The position numbers and the translations under genes were made by a program. From Candidatus Zipacnadia bacterium (lineage in GTDB: Bacteria; Armatimonadota; Zipacnadia; Zipacnadales; UBA5352), in contig JALGVE010000001.1 in assembly GCA_029820045.1 (NCBI GenBank), positions 1-58,963 of the forward strand: a stretch of DNA of 58,963 nucleotides, written 5' to 3'. Numbering within the stretch: the stretch's first letter is position 1; every line of letters starts with the position of its first letter. Below the pieces are notes generated by a model. The model was given only the letters and a program-made list of their open reading frames with translations. It was not told the origin of the DNA and made no database searches. Positions 28,901 through 38,307 of this stretch are shown here, one piece after another.

Positions 28901-30191
28901 CGCCCTCCTGAGCAAGAAGGTGGATGCCGTCACCGAGGAGCAGCGTACGCAGTGGGCCACGGAGCGCCTCAATCGCATGGGCGAACGCGAGCCGTGGGTC
29001 TACAGCTCTTACGGTGACTACATGTGTGAGGATGCGCAGGGCTGGCGCGAGTACATGAAGCGCGGCTTCGCCGGGATGATCAAGGAGTACGACTACGACG
29101 GGCTGTACTACGACTTCGTGCACCCGATCCTGTGTTACAACGATCGCCACCATCCTGACAGCCCGCACCTCTCGAGCGATGGCATCCTGGAGATGTGCGA
29201 GTGGACGCACAAGATCGTTGGGCCGGAGGGCATCTTCTCCGGTCACACCGGCTGGGTGCCCACCATCGCCTGCAAGAACTACTGCACGATTGACACGGTC
29301 TACGAGGAGATCGGCGACGACCAGGTGCCGTCGCTGGGCCGCTGGCCGGAGCAGGGACAGTTCTGCAACATCCGCCCTAAGCGGCTGGTGCCGTCCTTCC
29401 TGTGGAATAGCTGCCTCGGCCCGGGCGAACGTAAGAGCCGTCCCGCGCGGCAGGAGGACGTGAAGGCCTTCGTGGCACGCTGCGCGCTCACCGGCATCTT
29501 CCCGCCGCCGCGCACCGCCGAGCTGACCGCCGCAGTGCAGGCGCCTCATAGTGGGCCAGGTGCCCTCACCTGTCCGCCCTTCCTGGCCTTGGTGGACGCG
29601 GTGAAGGCCGTGGACCTGAGCGCGATGGAGTTCGCGGACTGGCAGCATCAGACGGCGGTCAGCTCCGGCAACGCCTATCTGCGCGCCGGGGTGTACTTCA
29701 ACGCGGACCGGGCGCTAGTGATGGTGGCGAACTCGGAGAGCGCCGAGGAGCAAAGCGGCAACGTGAGGATAGACGTGTCGAAGTTCGGCTGGCCGGCGGA
29801 TAGCGTCCTCGCCCTGGCCTCGCTGCCAAAGGGTGAGGGCCGCAGCATTGAGGCAAGGGAGTTAGCGCAGATCGGACTGCCCCTCACGGTCGGCGGCTAT
29901 GAGTACGACAGCTTGATGCTCAGCCGACTTCAGGAGCCGGCTACCGCAGGCTTCTGCACGCGCGCGTTCGTCGAGCGCCGCACCGGCGACAGCCTGGAGA
30001 TAACAACGCGTGGCCCAACCGGGCAACCGGGCAAGGCGGTCATCTACTGCGCGAGGGAGCCGACGGCTGTAACCGTCAACGGTGCGGCAACCGCCATCGA
30101 GTCGCCCGAAAGCTGGACAGGCTGGACGCCGATCTCCTTGAGCTTCGGGTACCAGACAGGCCAGCCCGTCACCATCCGGCTCAGTTGGTAG
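25938..30191 (+). CDS. Large secreted protein (1417 aa) with a C-terminal glycoside-hydrolase-like TIM-barrel region
   Basis: GAGGAGAGGAAA RBS before the ATG at 25938. Signal peptide MSRRTTICFLVIVASLAPAAAQS. The C-terminal third (YDGLYYDFVHP...) resembles GH-like TIM barrels. The N-terminal two thirds are unrecognised. Confidence 0.5.
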   Translation: MSRRTTICFLVIVASLAPAAAQSITPFQVTTGAYRMHMFNHGNFAVNVGGIWMPGNVCLTMRAPEGTFVQYKSEHTPELAVAERRKIDGADVTVIKGLLTESLRFTQTVRAEERRVLITYEVEALKDLQDVDIYVSAGPGPAEMMQGLEYLLVTAQGEQRGAYGDDTDVSVTGVKRVTWLDLAHRDVSWVFEQAPRTKVRLGSKANSYEAHLLADGALAKGATAKGVCAVQVEFRGQLTAVKPWAEAKAGPVSFDICGTSGCLHHLRTDRGNIIEHLNLNENVQGKNTYQSQAGTKTPGWSGVGEMTPGQGEDYRATVSGKVVSEWEESVVSRELAQGAEVQVTYRRDPASEPTDLRLLLYMAQRLEDRGQQFFVRPAKAPAIAEVGGIATTLGMKQRDAEGGLGPYTEIGEFGAGDEIVIPMLHRGEVFTVTCDQPSVLSAFRFEVYFRGLWLDFTDDDLSEIKLTMKLERIPQRNGPDWFAPVSRVTGAFALNWGGMPVLDRVMFYEGELPSNRDPFEGEVVSKWAGSVRKTEDGLHAQWQRDGTEEPTGLLIDLPAELAGRPLAILSPDGSMKEPLPQPRRVGADLQSETVEGGSTLVVSRDAGAELCLKPLFDCTMHLGRKRAGDGARLVLEAAEGTKALALDVTMARRPGPPPPMKFDAPDPRATGSGLRVERDGEDVVVTSPWWQVRQSASAGGFPSEIIFFYGSGRNILTQPIHARLAREKAAALSGIAPARLAVTEDMPERVTVTVTGALADKERGLRIPYVATFEYRSGYLKQTWEYDFGEGIEGVTTLAVQSMDLRPELDEFLARRMTRRTIRGKAVFPGPPVFQEHEYARYMCLFDRGVEGIEFLSGSSVPQWRSQLGEPGHARYALTEGVEGGGSIVCEPWSDAAHPITISGKKTFEWYMGLANIRPQLDRRYFVCSLQSPTEELVRYGAYHGLNVINLGAGVVPGSYTASDVEGTKRIVALAHKYGMKIYPFDAHALLSKKVDAVTEEQRTQWATERLNRMGEREPWVYSSYGDYMCEDAQGWREYMKRGFAGMIKEYDYDGLYYDFVHPILCYNDRHHPDSPHLSSDGILEMCEWTHKIVGPEGIFSGHTGWVPTIACKNYCTIDTVYEEIGDDQVPSLGRWPEQGQFCNIRPKRLVPSFLWNSCLGPGERKSRPARQEDVKAFVARCALTGIFPPPRTAELTAAVQAPHSGPGALTCPPFLALVDAVKAVDLSAMEFADWQHQTAVSSGNAYLRAGVYFNADRALVMVANSESAEEQSGNVRIDVSKFGWPADSVLALASLPKGEGRSIEARELAQIGLPLTVGGYEYDSLMLSRLQEPATAGFCTRAFVERRTGDSLEITTRGPTGQPGKAVIYCAREPTAVTVNGAATAIESPESWTGWTPISLSFGYQTGQPVTIRLSW

Positions 30192-30291
30192 AGCATTGTC
30201 TGAGACCGTGGTGGTCCACATTTCGGCAGTGCTATCGTGGCACAGGCGACCGCATCTGTGCAGACCAAGGCTAGTGCGGCTCTTTCCCCTT

Positions 30292-30356
30292 CATCCCGCT
30301 CAGGGGCGGGATGCCGTCGTGATGGAGGGCCGCCCGAAGCCCGCCCGTAGGGCGGG
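30292..30356. repeat. Two GC-rich hairpin repeats (CCCGC/GCGGG family) between convergent genes
   Basis: CATCCCGC-tcaggg-GCGGGATG (30292-30313) and CCCGCCC-gta-GGGCGGG (30340-30356). Confidence 0.7.
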
Positions 30357-30416
30357 GTGAGGCCGGCCCGCGTCTGCTTGGCAGGTCCGCCTGGAAGCCG
30401 TTGTCGGTGCTGGGCG

Positions 30417-32066
30417 CTAGCAGTCGTACCTCGCCGCGATGGGGATGCGCCGCCCCACGCCGAAGGCCTTGGAGGTCACTTTCAGGCCGGGCGCAGCCTG
30501 CCGCCGCTTGTACTCGTTGCGGTTGATGGTGCGCACGACCCACCGCACGGTCTCCGGCTCAAAGCCCTCGGCGATGATCTCGTCCGCTGAGTACTGCTCT
30601 TCGACGTAGTAGTGGATTATCTGGTCGAGGATGGGGTAAGGCGGCAGTGTATCCTGGTCGGTCTGGTTGGGCCGGAGCTCAGCCGACGGGGCCTTGTCGA
30701 AGACCGCGCGGGGGATGATCTCCGCCTCGCGGTTGATGTGCTCGGCAACCTCGTAGACCATCGTCTTCGGGACATCGGAGATGACGCTCAGGCCGCCGGA
30801 CATGTCGCCGTAGAGCGTGCAGTAGCCCACCGCCAGCTCGCTCTTGTTGCCGGTGGCGAGCAGCAGGGAGCCGTACTTGTTCGACATCGCCATCAGCAGG
30901 TTCCCGCGGATCCTCGCCTGCAAGTTCTCCTCGGCAACCCCGATCCCCTCACCCTCGAGAAGCCCCGCCAACGTGGTCCGGTAGGCCTCGAATACCTCTG
31001 AGATGGGCACGACCTCAAAGCGGACGCCCAGGTTCTCGGCGAGCGCCCGAGAGTCCTCAATGCTCCCTGGCGAGGAGAACTGCGAGGGCATGGACATAGC
31101 CAGCACGTTCTCGCTCCCCAGCGCGGCCGCGGCCAGGCAGCAGGTCACCGCCGAGTCAATGCCGCCTGAGAGTCCGACCACGGCCTTGGAGAACCCGCAC
31201 TTGGACATGTAGTCGCGGATGCCAAGCACAAGCGCATCGTGCACCGACTCGATCTCGTCCTGGGGAACGTAGCTTCCCGGCGTGCCGGACGCGTTTGTGT
31301 CCACGGTCCGCACATGTTCCTCAAAGGAGGGGAAGTCCGCGATCGGGGCGCCGCGCGCGTCAATGCAGAAGCTTCGGCCGTCGAAGATAAGCTCATCATT
31401 CGCGCCGATCTGGTTTGCGTAGACGAAAGGCAGACCATGCCTCCGGGCGTGGGCGCAAATGAGGTCGTAGCGGATGCGTTCCTTGCCTTTATAGAAGGGA
31501 GAGGCGGAGATGTTGATGAGCAGCGTGGCGCCCTGTTCCGCCAGGGCCTCGACGGGATCGAAGGAGTAGGGCCTCTGCCGCGGCCACAGTTCCGGTGTGT
31601 TCCAGGTATCCTCGCAGATGGAGATGCCCAACACCTCATCCTTGAAGGGGAACGTGCGAACCTCCGGGGCCACGTCGAAGTACCGCGCCTCATCGAAGAC
31701 ATCATAGGTGGGCAGCAGCGACTTGTGCTGAACGAACAGGACCTCGCCTTGATAGAGGAGTATCGCCGAGTTGTAGAGGCCTTTGCCCGTGTCCTTGCCG
31801 GTGGGCCAGGGTGCGCCGAAGAGGATGCCGGTCTGCGGGTGGGCGATGGAGGCTCGCGCCAGCTCCTCAACGGCCGCCTGCGCGCGCGCAGCAAACCACG
31901 GCCGTTCCAGCAGGTCCCTGGGCGGGTAGCCGACCAGGAAAAGCTCGGGGAACACCACCAGGTCAGGCGCCTGCCCGGCGAGTGCCGACAGGAGGCTGGT
32001 GATGCGCGCGGAGTTGCCCTGGATGTCACCGACGATGGGGTTGAACTGCGCGATGGTGACCCTCAA
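30417..32066 (-). CDS. nadE: Glutamine-dependent NAD+ synthetase
   Basis: N-terminal CN-hydrolase domain plus a C-terminal PP-loop (GLSGGIDSAV). TTG start preceded by a GAGGAGG RBS. Confidence 0.9.
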   Translation of the reverse strand: MRVTIAQFNPIVGDIQGNSARITSLLSALAGQAPDLVVFPELFLVGYPPRDLLERPWFAARAQAAVEELARASIAHPQTGILFGAPWPTGKDTGKGLYNSAILLYQGEVLFVQHKSLLPTYDVFDEARYFDVAPEVRTFPFKDEVLGISICEDTWNTPELWPRQRPYSFDPVEALAEQGATLLINISASPFYKGKERIRYDLICAHARRHGLPFVYANQIGANDELIFDGRSFCIDARGAPIADFPSFEEHVRTVDTNASGTPGSYVPQDEIESVHDALVLGIRDYMSKCGFSKAVVGLSGGIDSAVTCCLAAAALGSENVLAMSMPSQFSSPGSIEDSRALAENLGVRFEVVPISEVFEAYRTTLAGLLEGEGIGVAEENLQARIRGNLLMAMSNKYGSLLLATGNKSELAVGYCTLYGDMSGGLSVISDVPKTMVYEVAEHINREAEIIPRAVFDKAPSAELRPNQTDQDTLPPYPILDQIIHYYVEEQYSADEIIAEGFEPETVRWVVRTINRNEYKRRQAAPGLKVTSKAFGVGRRIPIAARYDC

Positions 32067-32145
32067 CCTAGCGGCTGCCTCCTCGGTTCATGGCGTGGCG
32101 TGCGCGGCACGGGAACCTGCGATGACAACATGGCACTGCCCGCTT

Positions 32146-33518
32146 TCACAGCACTGCCAGGTACTGCTCCAACTCCCAGCTCGTGACCTGGCAGCGGTAG
32201 TGGTCCCACTCGATGCGCTTGTTCTCCAGCAGTTTCTGGAAGAGTTCGTCCCCCAGCGCCTTGCGCACGACCTCGCTGCCCTCGGCCACCGTGATGGCCT
32301 CATTGAGGTCGCCGGGCAAGGTGTCTATGCCCAGCTCCGCGCGACGCTCCGGGCCCATCGCGTAACAGTTCTCCTCCACCGGGTCCCGCAGCTCGTAGCC
32401 CTTCTCAATGCCCTCCAGGCCGGCCGCCAACATTACGGCGAAGGCCAGGTAGGGGTTCGCCGCGGGGTCGGGTGCGCGGTACTCCAGCCGCGTGGCGTTC
32501 TGCTCGCCCGGCGAGTACCCGGGCACGCGCACCAGGTCGGAGCGGTTGCGTAGGGCCCACGATACGTAGACCGGCGCCTCGTAGCCCGGCACCAGGCGCT
32601 TGTAGGAGTTGACCCACTGATTTGTCACCAGCGTTATCTCCCGCGCGTGCGTGAGCAGCCCAGCCAGAAACTGCTTGCCGGTCTCTGAGAGCCCATGCTC
32701 GTCCTCACGGTCATAGAACGCGTTCTGCTCGCCCCTGAATAGAGACTGGTGCACGTGCATGCCGCTGCCGTTCTCGCTTGCGAGCGGCTTGGGCATGAAG
32801 GTCGCGTGGGCGTCGTAGTGCAGCGCGACCTCCTTAACCACCAGCCGATAGGTCATGGCGTTGTCGGCCATGGTCAGGGCGTCGGTGTAGTCCAGGTCAA
32901 TCTCGTGCTGGCTGGGCGCGACCTCGTGGTGACTGTAGTCCACCTTGATGCCCATCTGCTGCAGCACCATCACGGTGTCGCGGCGCAGGTCGGAGGCGAC
33001 GTCGAGAGGAGTGAGGTCGAAGTACCCGCCCTCGTCGAGCGTCTCCGGCACCCCATCGGCGCGGCGGAAATAGAAGTACTCCAACTCCGGCCCCACGTAG
33101 TAGATGAAGCCCATCTCCTCAGCGCGCTGGAGGTTGCGCTTGAGGACATAGCGAGGATCAAACTCGTAGGGCCTGCCGTCGGGGTGCTGAATGTTGCAGA
33201 ACATGCGCGCCACGGGCGCCTTCTCCCCCCGCCAGGGCACGATCGTGAACGTGGTCGGATCAGGCATCGCGATCATATCGCTCTCGTCTATGCGCGCGAA
33301 GCCCTGGATGGAGGAGCCATCGAAGCCCCGCCCGTTCTCCAGTGCATCCTCGAGGTTCTGCGCAGTGATCGCGAAGCTCTTGAGGAAGCCCAGCACGTCA
33401 GTGAACCAGAGACGCACGAACTGGACATTGTGTTCGCGCGCCTCGTGTAGCGCAGCCTCCGTCGCGCGTTCGCGGTTGCTCTCTCGCTCTGCCAGTGTGC
33501 AGCCATGATTGCTCTGGT

Positions 33519-33522
<4 letters not shown>
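32146..33522 (-). CDS. glnA: Glutamine synthetase, type I
   Basis: FTDVLG, DGSSI and FMPKP...GSGMHVHQSL motifs. The ATG overlaps the htrA stop (ATGA). Confidence 0.9.
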
Positions 33523-34673
<1,151 letters not shown>

Positions 34674-34835
34674 TCTCGATTACCTTCTCCTCCTACCGTG
34701 ATAGTTTCGCGTGCAGGGAGGTCTCCACCTTGTCGGGGGTAAAGACTCAGCACGACCTCAGCCGACGCAGTAATCGCAAGGCTAGCTTACACGATGATGG
34801 CAGGAAGTGCAACGGCATCGGAGGCAACACACATC

Positions 34836-35657
34836 ATGCAAAGACCGCTTGGCATAAGCACCTCAATGCTCAACACCGACTTCCAACCCAGCCTGCTGGC
34901 GGAGGTAGCTGCGCGGGGCATCTCCCACCTGGAACTGAACACGCCCGTCAACAGTCCCTTCTTCGAGAACGACGAGGCCGTGCAAGGTGTGATCGAAAGC
35001 GCGGGCGAGCACGGCCTGACCTTCTGGTCAGTCCACGCGCCCTTCGGCGGAGAGGTTGACCTCAGCCAGCCCGAAGAGCTGGCGCGAAGGCATTCAGTTC
35101 AGTGCATTCTCAGGTCCGTCGAGATCGCGCGCATGATCGGCGCCGGGCTGGTAGTGATCCACGCGGGCCTGACTACCGGCGACGAAGCGGAGCAGGAGCA
35201 GCGCCGACGGCAGGCTATCCGCAGCATCAACGAGCTGGTGAAGCGCAGCTCGCAGGCGGGCGTCGAGATCGCCGTTGAGTACCTCCCTACCAACAAGGAG
35301 CGCATCTGCAACACGAGTAAGGATTGCAACGAACTGCTGGCGCTCGTGGACGGTGAGCCCGGCATCTGCATGGATACCAACCACGCCAACCTGGGCGAGC
35401 CGCTCTCCGAGGCCGTCACGGCGCTCGCCGAGAGGATCGTCACCCTGCACGTCTCCGACAACGACGGGGTCGAGGAAAGGCACATCATGCCCGGCGAGGG
35501 CACGATTGACTGGACGGAGTTCGTGGGCCTGCTCGATCAGATAGGCTACCGGGGCCCGTACATCTACGAGGCCTCGAAATCATCAGAGGACATCGCCGAG
35601 CGCCTGGATATGACCGTCAGCAGCGCGCGTGAGTACCTCGGCTGGGAGCCGAGGTAG
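34836..35657 (+). CDS. Sugar phosphate isomerase/epimerase (xylose isomerase-like TIM barrel)
   Basis: Family-typical HAPF..., VVIH, AVEYL and HVSDN...H..PGEG.IDW. GGAGG RBS upstream of the ATG at 34836. Confidence 0.75.
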   Translation: MQRPLGISTSMLNTDFQPSLLAEVAARGISHLELNTPVNSPFFENDEAVQGVIESAGEHGLTFWSVHAPFGGEVDLSQPEELARRHSVQCILRSVEIARMIGAGLVVIHAGLTTGDEAEQEQRRRQAIRSINELVKRSSQAGVEIAVEYLPTNKERICNTSKDCNELLALVDGEPGICMDTNHANLGEPLSEAVTALAERIVTLHVSDNDGVEERHIMPGEGTIDWTEFVGLLDQIGYRGPYIYEASKSSEDIAERLDMTVSSAREYLGWEPR

Positions 35658-35763
35658 GTGAGCCGGCTTCGTGGCCGCGGTCGTGCGGCTGCTCCCGTAG
35701 TGCAGCTTTGCGGCGTGCGATAGAGATGCGGCAAGTGGCGGACGTACGCCGTTTCTGCCGGCG

Positions 35764-36187
35764 TCCCGCCTCTGGGCGGGATCACCTGCCGGACCTTCGG
35801 GCAGACGAGGGCCTCGCTTTCCAGGAATGCAGACGGTGCCGCAGACGATCCCGCCCATCCGCGCCCATTGGGCGGGACAGGTCGGGCGGGACGTCTGGAG
35901 GGGCCGCCCGAGGGCGCTTCTGCTGGTGCAGAAGCGCACGAGGCCGGCCCGCCCACAACCACTGCACCTTGGTGTGCCCAACGGTAGCGTCGGACTTGCC
36001 ACCTAGTGGCAGACGCGGGCCGGCCTCAGACGCCTTGGCCTTCCCGCCCGTCGGGCGGGAGGGGACTTCGGCGTCTTCGGGCGGCCCTCCGTGACGGCGC
36101 AGTCCCGGCCCTGAGCGGGAGCGCGGTGGCCGGCAGTCGTTCCTCTGAACCCGGCCGTATTTGTCGAACGTGAGGAGGGCGTCTGCC
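35764..36187. repeat. Dense cluster of GC-rich hairpin repeats in a 576-nt gap between convergent genes
   Basis: TCCCGCC-tctg-GGCGGGA (35764-35781); TCCCGCCCA..TGGGCGGGA (35849-35877); GCGCTTCTGC-tggt-GCAGAAGCGC (35914-35937); TCCCGCCC-gtc-GGGCGGGA (36042-36060); GGGCAGACGAGGGC (near 35800) and its inverse GAGGGCGTCTGCCC (36174-36187). Confidence 0.75.
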
Positions 36188-36233
36188 CGCACACTAAGCA
36201 CACACTTCGCAGTCGCACGCTGCCTGGCGATGC

Positions 36234-37382
36234 TCACAGTTCGAACGCGAGTTGGCGGGGGGCTGCGGGGGTGGGATAGAAGTGGCCGTTGAGCGTGACG
36301 AAGTTGCGTGCCCGTTCGGTGAGCACGCCCAGCATTGCCAGGTGCCGCAGCGAGGTGATCTTTCCCTCCGTGCGGGCGGCTACGATACGCTCTGCGGAGG
36401 TGGGGCCGATGCCGGGCACACGGATGAGTTCCCAGCGCTCGGCGCGGTTGATCTCGACGGGGAAGAAGTCGGGCCTGGCGAGCGCGGCGGCCAGCTTCGG
36501 GTCCTGGTCGAGCGGGAGCATATCGTTGTCATCGAAGACAAGTTCACCGGGTTCAAAGCCGTAGGAACGCAGAAGAAACTCCGCTTGATAGAGGCGGTGT
36601 TCGCGGGCAGGTGGGGTGGCCGGGTGGTTCTCCAGGGGCGTATCCGGCACGGGTTGGAAGCGGCTGAAGTAGACGCGGCTGAGCGCGAGTTCGGCTTCCA
36701 GCCTGGCGGTGGCGGCGACGAGTTCCCGATCGGTCTCCTCGGCGCCCCCGACCACGAACTGCGTGGTGAGGCCCGCGCGCACCTGGCCCGGCTCGATGGC
36801 TTGCCGCACCCTTCTTAGTGTGCCGAGGAGCCCCCTGCGGAAGTTCTTACCCGGGCAGATGGTCTGCAATTGTGTGGAGCTGGGGGCCTCCAGGTTGACT
36901 GACAGCCTATCGGCAAGCCCGGCGGCGCGCGCGATGGCGGCATCCGAGGTCCCGGGCAGAATCTTCAGGTGCACGTAGTCGCGGAAGTGGTACTGATGGC
37001 GCAGGATCTCGACGGCCTCAATCATCCGGGCCATGGTGGAGTCGGAGTCGCCGACGATCCCCGAACTCAGGAAGAGGCCTTTGATGAGACCTGCCTCGGC
37101 CAACTCGACGGTCAGGCGGGCGAGTTCCTGGGGTTGGAAGCTGGCGCGGGGGATGTTGCGCGAACAGCGCGTCGCGCAGTAGAGGCAGTCGTTCTTGCAG
37201 GCGTTGGAGAGCAACACCTTCAGCAGCGGCACACGCCGGCCGTCGGCGCTGAGGGCCTCGTAGATGCCGCCCGGCCTGCCGGAGAGGGCGTCCTGTGCTG
37301 CGATGGTGGACGGAGCGCTAACATCGAACCGAGCGCTCGCGCCCAGTAGTCTGAGCTTTTCTTCGTTTTCCACTGCCGCCAC
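36234..37382 (-). CDS. Radical SAM protein with C-terminal helix-hairpin-helix (putative DNA modification/repair radical SAM family, TIGR03916-like)
   Basis: CxxxCxxC cluster motif in LLSNACKNDCLYCATRC. C-terminal HhH IRVPGIGPTSAERIVAAR. Length of about 380 aa. Confidence 0.7.
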   Translation of the reverse strand: MAAVENEEKLRLLGASARFDVSAPSTIAAQDALSGRPGGIYEALSADGRRVPLLKVLLSNACKNDCLYCATRCSRNIPRASFQPQELARLTVELAEAGLIKGLFLSSGIVGDSDSTMARMIEAVEILRHQYHFRDYVHLKILPGTSDAAIARAAGLADRLSVNLEAPSSTQLQTICPGKNFRRGLLGTLRRVRQAIEPGQVRAGLTTQFVVGGAEETDRELVAATARLEAELALSRVYFSRFQPVPDTPLENHPATPPAREHRLYQAEFLLRSYGFEPGELVFDDNDMLPLDQDPKLAAALARPDFFPVEINRAERWELIRVPGIGPTSAERIVAARTEGKITSLRHLAMLGVLTERARNFVTLNGHFYPTPAAPRQLAFEL

Positions 37383-37385
37383 CTG

Positions 37386-37508
37386 TTACTCAGGTGATTC
37401 GCTGTCTCGGACCAGAATCCCTCCGCATTTCTCGCAGATAGTCGCGTCCTCGAATACGGTCTGCCGATGGCCACAGAACCCGCAGGTTTGCAGCACCGGC
37501 TGCCGCAT
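37386..37508 (-). CDS. Zinc-ribbon mini-protein (40 aa)
   Basis: MRQPVLQTCGFCGHRQTVFEDATICEKCGGILVRDSESPE has CxxC-X14-CxxC. GAGG lies 9 nt upstream of the ATG at 37508. The stop is 3 nt before the radical SAM start. The longer 167-aa ORF is Arg-rich and implausible. Confidence 0.4.
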   Translation of the reverse strand: MRQPVLQTCGFCGHRQTVFEDATICEKCGGILVRDSESPE

Positions 37509-38264
37509 GAGCGCCGCCTCTTTGGTATTGCTCTGCCGCTGGCGCGGCCGTCGCCCCCGGCGTCGCGGCCGTTCGCGTTCCGGCAGTCCTATCGCCAGTC
37601 TCGGTTGGCGGCCGTCATCGGAGGGCATGGTCTGAAGTTGAAGCCCACGGCATCGCCGCGGGCTTCCGGCCTGTCGCGCGCTTGGCCTCATCCGGCTTGC
37701 GCCTATTGTACGCGGGTGAACCCGTTCACCCCAGTCGCAATTGTATGCCTGCCTCAGCAAGACTGTCAAGCAACTCCTGACAACGTATCTGTCGCGCGAA
37801 TCCCGCCGCCATCGGAGATTATGTCTCCAGGTCATCCGGCGCCTCAACGACGCAGGAGAGGTGGCGCTCAGCAGCGAACCGACTGCCACACGCTCACTCT
37901 GCCAGGTACACCTCGTATTCCGTCCGGCGGCCCTGGGGAGCGGAGCGCCATGCGCAACCTCTTTCCACTGTCAATATCGTCGCGGCGAGTGTGCAATCGG
38001 CCCTTGCCCAGCCGGCCGCGCCCTTCCGCCAGTTCATCGAGGCCGAGGGTGGACTTCGCTACGGTCCGCAAGCTGTCCACGTACTATCTATGCCGCGATA
38101 GACACCGACCGGATTCCGGTCGAGCCGGAGGCGGTGGGGAAGCCCTATCGGGCGCGCTTCGTCTGCCGTGCCGAGGGACCTGTGAGCGGGGGGTGGGTCG
38201 CGGAGGGACCGTATTCCCTGGAGCGTGAGCAGACGCAGCGAGTGGCCGTCCGAGGTCATATGGA

Positions 38265-38288
38265 GGGGCCGGGCTTCAGCTCGGCCCC
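38265..38288. terminator. Hairpin 20 nt downstream of the DUF4838-like gene stop (weak terminator candidate)
   Basis: GGGGCCG-ggcttcagct-CGGCCCC. There is no clear U-tract on the minus strand. Confidence 0.3.
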
Positions 38289-38307
38289 TGACGTTTGCCT
38301 TCCCTTC

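Noticed and set aside
35782-36237. 151-aa ORF with a GTGA overlap on the radical SAM stop, considered as the missing TIGR03915-like partner.
   Set aside because: The sequence is low-complexity and Arg/Pro/Gly-rich. It is composed of the translated hairpin repeats and bears no resemblance to the partner family's N-terminus.
37386-37889. Full 167-aa version of the Zn-ribbon ORF.
   Set aside because: The N-terminal 127 aa are Arg-rich and low-complexity with no RBS at 37889 or 37628. Only the last 40 aa have a coherent CxxC...CxxC fold signature and an upstream GAGG.
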